Source of the DNA: a virus
Lineage: Duplodnaviria; Caudoviricetes
DNA length: 64,000 bases
Strand: one strand, 5' to 3'
Virus record (IMG/VR): IMGVR_UViG_3300031994_004484
The notes beneath the pieces are model-generated. The model did not search any database and was not told where the DNA came from. It saw only the letters and a list, made by a program, of their open reading frames with translations. Position 1 is the stretch's first letter. Every line of letters begins with the position of its first letter. Positions 57,681-64,000 of this stretch are shown here, one piece after another. A program made the position numbers and the translations under genes.

Positions 57681-60600
57681 GTGTCAAATTTTAATTCGCA
57701 CGAGAGTTTTGATTTTAACGATACGACGCAAAGAACCGCAAGTGTCGAGAACCAACCCCACTACGGGGTTGAGAAGGTGACCCACCAATCAGAGAGCGGA
57801 AGTGAAGTGACAATCACAGGCGGGGACAGCATAAACGGTATATTAAACAATGATTTGTCGAGGGCCACGGAAAACAATCCCGTTACATTTCCCGCAACAC
57901 CAGCAAGCAGCAGTCCTTTAAGTGACTATTACGTTCATGGAAGGCAGATAAAATACAGAGTCACAACCAATGTATCTCCGGGTACAATTTTAGGCAGTGT
58001 TTCTGTAGATAATGAAACAAAAAACAATCAGAATACGGACATCGTTGAAGGAAGCACACACAGTGTTGTTGCAACACCAAATTCTCCGTGTACTTTCCAA
58101 AATTGGACCGGTGATTATGATGAATTTTCGGTTCCAACAGATACAGGTAACAGTAAGACAATACCGAATACATTGGACGATGATATGACGGTAACGGCGA
58201 ATTTCAACTGTGTTGTCAACGTCGAAGACCCAACAGGTGCTGTGATACAAAACCCGACGTCTTGTTCGTGGTCCAAAATTCAAAACATGTATGTGAATGA
58301 AAACGGAAATTGCTGTAATTTGGTTAAATATACTTTAGGGCCGCAGGAGATTTTATTGGCGCAGAACAATTGCAACAAATCATTCCTGAATGTGTATTCG
58401 GCATATTACAAACCAATTCCTCAACCAAAATGTTATTCATATGTATATCATGCAAGAGGTTGGGCCGGTGATGTAGGTTCTTCACATCCTTCGGCTTGTT
58501 ATGTTGCACCTCAATTTGGTTTGAACACCACAGACAGTCAGACTGGTTTGCCTGTCGGTAATTACGCCATGATGATACCAACAAGTAACAGCGGTAGAAA
58601 ACCCTGTGATCCGGTACAGGATGAAACCCTTTGCAATGACCCATGTTATATAGTGAATACAATACCGACGATAAGTTCAAATGTAGGTTATAGCAAACCA
58701 ATCGATGTTTATAGGTATTACACAAGATGCACCGAAAATAATGTAACATATTCTTGTCTTAGTGACAACAACCATCCCGAATGGGAAAATGATGGAAGGC
58801 CTGATGTTGAAATCTTTTTGGGAACGGCAAGTTCAACAAACGTATTCTCATGGGGAAATTACGCCATTTCCGAAAATAGTACGAACAGCATAGGTAAATG
58901 GATGGTTAGTAACTCTGCAATTGCCGATTTTCCGAGAAGTACGTGGCTTGTTATATGCCCGCAATCAGGTGGCTATCATTTTGACCCTTCACGCTTTGAC
59001 ATAAGTGATGTTGACACAATAACTTATCAAAGCCAAACTATAACAAACGTAAATGAGTTGCTTGACACAACTAAGAGCGGTTTATCGTCAAATCAGGCTG
59101 TTTGGTTCGAGCTTGAAGTTAAGGAAATACCAATAACTTCAGTTCCGGCGAATTCTGATTTCCTGCAAACATACTATGACAATTCGGACGATATAGTATG
59201 GGGAGACCAAAATGACGGAACACTAATAACACAGATAAACGGAAACTATATAAGCAGGGATTGGCCAAACACAATACGTATTTGTCTTTCAAACGGAAAT
59301 TCAACGTATTACAACAAAATAGTATATAGGGACATGTTGTTCCGCAAGAATTGTAATGGAGGGACAATAGGCCCAAATGGGATTGAAGAAATTCAAAACA
59401 TGACATCAACAAACACATTTTTCTTCCAAGACGGAGAATGTGGAAGCTTCAATGGTTGGGCAAACGGCAATGGAACTATCATTGAGAGTGATAATATTCT
59501 TAATTTGTCAGTTCCGTCATCTTGCTGCAACACCTACCATCCTGAAGTGGAATCCTGTTCCGACAAGTATTATCCGTATGGCTTCAGGATTGTAAACGGT
59601 GGTACTGTGAAATATTACAGATGTGCCATTCTTCCTTATTGTGACAACTCAACAGGAAACTTTTTAACACCACCGAACGGTAGCACTATAATAACGAGTC
59701 TTGATATTAATACAATAATAACGGAAGGTTTAGTACAGAATGGTAATATTGTTGGTTTGGACAATGTGTTTTTTGCATTGACCCCAAACAGAACACTATA
59801 TTTCAACGGTTTGATGTTACTTAAATTTGACAACACCCAAAATTGGGAATACTATACAACAGACGGGGATTCAAGGGAACTTACCACAACTTCAACCGCT
59901 TCAGGAATACCACTAAGCGAAACCGGAAAACTTACAAACGAAACAAACAATTCAACCCATTATTATCGTATTGCTTACATGGAGATAGAGGACACCATAG
60001 GACAAGATTCATACATATCGAATTACGCAGCAATAGATGATGCATTCCTTTCAGGGGAAATATTCCTGTATGCCGATGACAGTGATTATGATGAGGAGAT
60101 GTACAACGGTTTGAAGGTCAAATATGGGGTTGTGTACAAAAACAATTGTGGTATAAATAAAAGTGCCGTTTTGTTGTCATGTTTTGACGGTGTAGATGGT
60201 GATGAACTCACGTTGAAAATGTCTCTTGAAAGCAGATACATCGACTATGGTGTTACAAGAGATGTGGAAACCGATGCTACAAACACACTGTACAGATATG
60301 TTAAAAGGTATGAGCCTCTTGTTGATTCCCCTAACAATTACGATTATGGTGAAAAAAGCAATATGGTGAGTTGGTCTGATATTGGTGACGGCAGGGTCAA
60401 TGATTATACCATATTTGGTTTACGTTCGTTTGTAGAAAGAAACCCATTACCATTTGGGAGCCAATACATTTACAAATACAACCTTTTTGATGGTTATGAT
60501 TTTGGGTTCGAACAAGAGAAACGGGTTTTTGTTTCAGAAAAAATATGGGAAAAACAAACAACACAAGATCCGGATATTCCGTGGCAATACGTTAAAGTGA

Positions 60601-63600
60601 ACAACACCACATCGTGTACGGATGGTAATAATACTTACTATAATTACGACCAAAACGATGGTGACAATTCAAATGCACGTTCTTGTAATATGCAGGAAGG
60701 CCTGTTCCTTTTAGCCCACGATAATAATAGCGAATCAATTGTTTTACTTACAAACAGTAATCTCAGTTATTACACTAATCCTTCTTATTATACTTTTCCC
60801 ACAGATATTGACTATGTTTGTTCTAACGCTCCGACAACAAGTTATTGTGAGGGGCCACAATTAGCCGGGTATAATTATGTTCTTGAAGACGGTGGAATAG
60901 GAACGAGGTTTGAGATAGACTCAACCCAAACTTATGAGCTTGGTCACTACTGTTATGGTACAGATAGTAATTCATTCACATACGGACGTTGGTGGCCGTT
61001 AAATTATGACGAAATCATAGACGAGTGTTCTTTTTATAATTTAGATACATACCATCTGATAAACAGCAATCAAACTTCATATACAGGAACGAGAAAATAT
61101 ATTCTTATAAAAAATATAAATGGTCTTGATCAGGCCAGTTATTATGATTTTGTTAATAATCTTTGGGTTGATTATGACGCTTTCCCGTGCCTTATAGATT
61201 GTACTGCCATGGGGGTGAATGATGAATTGATTATTCTGAGAGAGATTGATGATTTAGGAGAATGTACCGCTGATGAGTCGTATTATGTAATAATAAACGA
61301 AGGTTATACTGATATAAACAGAGAGAAACACGATACAATATGCCATGTGGCAAACTATTTTTATGCAAACAAAAAATATGTAACACAGTCTGGTTTTGAA
61401 GACATAATGAATGATAGTGACATTACACTTTGTTTAAGGGTGGCATATGTCACAAGCGAAACAAAGGGAATATTGGTTTACGTTGACGGACAATATGTAA
61501 GCAATGTTTATGAGGGAGATGCCAACGGTGATGTTGCAGAAGCAACAATTTCGGGCGGCTATTTCAATAGCGGAACCATTGATAGTTATTCATTTTTCAA
61601 GGGTTCTGACTGCATAACGAACGGAGGCACATACAATTCTCCATATACATTATTCACTGCCGATGAACTTATAGATGCATGGGAACGTGAAATAAGGTTT
61701 GTGAAAATCGGCGAAAATATACCGTATGATGTCAAACCCTTTAATTCCAATACACCACCATATGTAAAAAACAGTGTTTATCGTTTGAATGTGGATAAGA
61801 TTAGTGAAACATCTAGTAGTAGTTTTTATACCGAAGCCCATAATTTTTGGAATACTTCCACACACTCATATAATGCCAAGGAAAGTGGTTCTGAAATAGA
61901 ACTTTCTTTTGAAAACGGTGATATCATGATTCCTGTAAGGTGGAATAATAGCAATATAGTCAGTATTAAAGAATATTACTGTTCAAAAGATGGTTTTGAC
62001 GGAAATGGTTTGTATATTGGCATACCCGAATTACAGAGTGGTACCACCTATTATAAACCGCAATGTTATACATTAAGTGGAGCTCAGGAAAGCGGTTCTT
62101 GGAAAGGTGTTTTCAGAAATCTGTCATGTGATTGCTGCTCAAATTTGGTACACACAGGGTATGGTTTCATGCCAATGGAAACATCAACTTCCGGAACCTA
62201 TGACTATTGTGCATATAAAAGGGAAATATCATACAACCAAGAGTTAGGTATATACGAAATAACCAAGTACGGTTATTATGCAAACGATATTTTCATTGAA
62301 GTCCCGGAAAATGGTATTAAATGGTTAAGGCTTAGTGACGACGGTGTACATGTTTCAATCGTAAACAACATAATTGACGGCATATCCGTGGAAAAGTTGA
62401 ACACAGGCATGTATGAACTTACACCACCGTTGGAAAAGGTTGGAAATGTATTGCAAAAAGATTATTACGATTACATTCTTTTCAATGGAACACCATCAAG
62501 TGCCTCATCTGATGTTTCCACAACATCGCAGTTGGAAACACACAGGGACACAAATCACACTTTGTTCATACATACAACTACAAATGTCCACGCCCCAATA
62601 ACAAATCTACCAAACCAACAGGGTGCCGCAAGAACATATCCTTCCGGGAAATATTGGGAACTCATATCCAACTATTATTACGAAACATCTGTTAATGGGA
62701 GCCAAAATCCGTATAGATTCCAATTTTTAGGGTGGTTGGTTGAGGACAAACCCGTATACAAATATTATTGCGACTCAAATTGCAATGGTATAACGGGTCG
62801 TGTGAAATTTCCGATAAGAAATTCTTTCGAAGAAAATAGCGACAATTCATTGACGTATGAGTCAATATACTCAATATATCCTGATGTTTCATATCCGTTC
62901 AACTTAGTAAATACAAATGTTGAATCTTACAGGGTGGTGAGAAATGTTGTCGAGTTGGACGAGTGTTTGAAATCGGCAGTTTTATTCAAGGTGGATAGTT
63001 ATGATGCCAATGATATTACCGGTATGGATGGGAATACATACTATAATGGATATTTTTATGAGCCAAATCCAAGTTTATTGACAACAGCAATAAAAAACAT
63101 GTATCCGTACATAGAGACAGATGATATTGTAATGGATTACATGGGAAAACAGTATAACGCCAATTCAACTTATTCAAACACAGGTGTGCGTTCCATAATA
63201 TTCACGCAGGATGATGTGAAAAGGGTTTTCAATAGAGACGTTGAATATGCAATGATAGCCGACTATGTCTTGTATGATGAGTATCCATCAGAATCTATTG
63301 ATGTTTATACAATAGACGACCTAAAAAATGCCATTTCAAATAAAGCGGAATACATAAATGTCCAGGCAAACATTATTTACCGCTATATGAAGTACGAAAG
63401 CGGGCATTATTATCAATACAATAAAATAACTATTAATGGTACTCAATATAACGGAGGAGACGTATTCAAACGCGAGATTGGCTACAGGTTTTTCCCGAGG
63501 GACGAAAAGGTGCGTGTAATGGGATGCCAAACTGCCACCGCCATATATGCACATAATTTCTTTCTCACTTTTTGCTCAAGCGCATATGGTTTCGGTTGCG

Positions 63601-64000
63601 GAGTGACAACTGACGGAATGTCAGGAATGCAGTTCTCATATGATGACTCATTATTATACGGATTGGCTTCAGGTTTAAACGATCCGGAGGTCTTCTATAT
63701 AGACCACAGGCATTTCACAGGCTCACACAGATTATCATATACCTTGATTGATACAATCGAAAACGAAAATGGTGATATAATAGAAGCCGGAGATAGTTTC
63801 AATTCAAATTGCCAAAATATGAATGGGTATAATGTCGGGAAGTGTAGTAGAGAAACATTCACGGGTGAACATGTCGAGATGGATATAGATAAGATAAACG
63901 ATATAAAAACCTTTGTTGACGGCATTCTTCCCTATTGCAACCAAAGTCTGACAATGAGCGGATCGTGTGAGAGTTTAATAGTCACAAACAATCAGGAAAG
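57681..64000 (+). CDS. Giant (>2100 aa) Cys/Tyr/Asn-rich fibre/adhesin-like protein, 3'-truncated by the window
   Basis: Hand-translated from GTG 57681 to about 60960 and at the last line with no stop. An internal stop would have produced a long ORF-track entry, and there is none. Contains the repeat VVATPNSPCTFQNW...TVTANF. Confidence 0.85.
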   Translation, partial: MSNFNSHESFDFNDTTQRTASVENQPHYGVEKVTHQSESGSEVTITGGDSINGILNNDLSRATENNPVTFPATPASSSPLSDYYVHGRQIKYRVTTNVSPGTILGSVSVDNETKNNQNTDIVEGSTHSVVATPNSPCTFQNWTGDYDEFSVPTDTGNSKTIPNTLDDDMTVTANFNCVVNVEDPTGAVIQNPTSCSWSKIQNMYVNENGNCCNLVKYTLGPQEILLAQNNCNKSFLNVYSAYYKPIPQPKCYSYVYHARGWAGDVGSSHPSACYVAPQFGLNTTDSQTGLPVGNYAMMIPTSNSGRKPCDPVQDETLCNDPCYIVNTIPTISSNVGYSKPIDVYRYYTRCTENNVTYSCLSDNNHPEWENDGRPDVEIFLGTASSTNVFSWGNYAISENSTNSIGKWMVSNSAIADFPRSTWLVICPQSGGYHFDPSRFDISDVDTITYQSQTITNVNELLDTTKSGLSSNQAVWFELEVKEIPITSVPANSDFLQTYYDNSDDIVWGDQNDGTLITQINGNYISRDWPNTIRICLSNGNSTYYNKIVYRDMLFRKNCNGGTIGPNGIEEIQNMTSTNTFFFQDGECGSFNGWANGNGTIIESDNILNLSVPSSCCNTYHPEVESCSDKYYPYGFRIVNGGTVKYYRCAILPYCDNSTGNFLTPPNGSTIITSLDINTIITEGLVQNGNIVGLDNVFFALTPNRTLYFNGLMLLKFDNTQNWEYYTTDGDSRELTTTSTASGIPLSETGKLTNETNNSTHYYRIAYMEIEDTIGQDSYISNYAAIDDAFLSGEIFLYADDSDYDEEMYNGLKVKYGVVYKNNCGINKSAVLLSCFDGVDGDELTLKMSLESRYIDYGVTRDVETDATNTLYRYVKRYEPLVDSPNNYDYGEKSNMVSWSDIGDGRVNDYTIFGLRSFVERNPLPFGSQYIYKYNLFDGYDFGFEQEKRVFVSEKIWEKQTTQDPDIPWQYVKVNNTTSCTDGNNTYYNYDQNDGDNSNARSCNMQEGLFLLAHDNNSESIVLLTNSNLSYYTNPSYYTFPTDIDYVCSNAPTTSYCEGPQLAGYNYVLEDGGIGTRFEIDSTQTYELGHYCYGTDSNSFTYGRWWPLNYDEIIDECSFYNLDTYHLINSNQTSYTGTRKYILIKNINGLDQASYYDFVNNLWVDYDAFPCLIDCTAMGVNDELIILREIDDLGECTADESYYVIINEGYTDINREKHDTICHVANYFYANKKYVTQSGFEDIMNDSDITLCLRVAYVTSETKGILVYVDGQYVSNVYEGDANGDVAEATISGGYFNSGTIDSYSFFKGSDCITNGGTYNSPYTLFTADELIDAWEREIRFVKIGENIPYDVKPFNSNTPPYVKNSVYRLNVDKISETSSSSFYTEAHNFWNTSTHSYNAKESGSEIELSFENGDIMIPVRWNNSNIVSIKEYYCSKDGFDGNGLYIGIPELQSGTTYYKPQCYTLSGAQESGSWKGVFRNLSCDCCSNLVHTGYGFMPMETSTSGTYDYCAYKREISYNQELGIYEITKYGYYANDIFIEVPENGIKWLRLSDDGVHVSIVNNIIDGISVEKLNTGMYELTPPLEKVGNVLQKDYYDYILFNGTPSSASSDVSTTSQLETHRDTNHTLFIHTTTNVHAPITNLPNQQGAARTYPSGKYWELISNYYYETSVNGSQNPYRFQFLGWLVEDKPVYKYYCDSNCNGITGRVKFPIRNSFEENSDNSLTYESIYSIYPDVSYPFNLVNTNVESYRVVRNVVELDECLKSAVLFKVDSYDANDITGMDGNTYYNGYFYEPNPSLLTTAIKNMYPYIETDDIVMDYMGKQYNANSTYSNTGVRSIIFTQDDVKRVFNRDVEYAMIADYVLYDEYPSESIDVYTIDDLKNAISNKAEYINVQANIIYRYMKYESGHYYQYNKITINGTQYNGGDVFKREIGYRFFPRDEKVRVMGCQTATAIYAHNFFLTFCSSAYGFGCGVTTDGMSGMQFSYDDSLLYGLASGLNDPEVFYIDHRHFTGSHRLSYTLIDTIENENGDIIEAGDSFNSNCQNMNGYNVGKCSRETFTGEHVEMDIDKINDIKTFVDGILPYCNQSLTMSGSCESLIVTNNQE

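Noticed and set aside
1-64000. Stop-codon reassignment (TAG=Gln, as in Lak megaphages)
   Set aside because: Multi-kb ORFs are intact in the standard code, and TAG ends genes right before the next start or promoter (for example 30919, 33611, 39500, 44349).
57600-64000. Long non-coding or recoded region
   Set aside because: It is a single + strand reading frame that runs off the window; the short ORFs listed there are shadows.
1-64000. CRISPR array, tRNA/rRNA genes, diversity-generating retroelement
   Set aside because: I saw no regularly spaced repeats, no cloverleaf in the short intergenic gaps, and no RT or adenine-variant repeat pair. This was by eye; a template repeat could lie outside the window.

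Overview
This is a 64-kb piece of a very large contractile-tailed dsDNA phage in the standard genetic code. The host is probably Bacteroidota, judging from TAnnTTTG promoters and A-rich start regions without Shine-Dalgarno sites. Left to right: (1) nrdD (5' end cut off), a frameshifted HTH-HNH homing endonuclease and nrdG; (2) a 28-kb baseplate/tail/fibre operon; (3) a replication/recombination block (SbcD-like, RuvC-like, primase, SbcC-like) and a sigma factor; (4) small probable virion and lysis genes; (5) a minus-strand ferritin-like gene followed by two unannotated MGCxC micro-ORFs; (6) a proteostasis/host-takeover block (AAA+ fused to an M41 protease, DnaK behind a sigma54-type promoter, DnaJ, NUDIX, IF3, second sigma factor); (7) a fibre-like locus whose last gene (over 2100 codons, missing from the ORF track) runs off the right edge. 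The strongest signal is at 55.9-57.7 kb. Three consecutive fibre genes are broken at the same point inside one repeat domain: each upstream protein ends with the first strands and each downstream protein starts with the remainder. The middle gene lies in an AT-rich 965-bp cassette whose removal fuses the flanking genes in frame. Together with Cys-bracketed orphan strands in a baseplate protein, this suggests modular fibre assembly by strand complementation, or a switchable cassette. No tRNA, rRNA, CRISPR array, integrase or reverse transcriptase was seen. All family calls come from motif recognition by eye; no searches were run.
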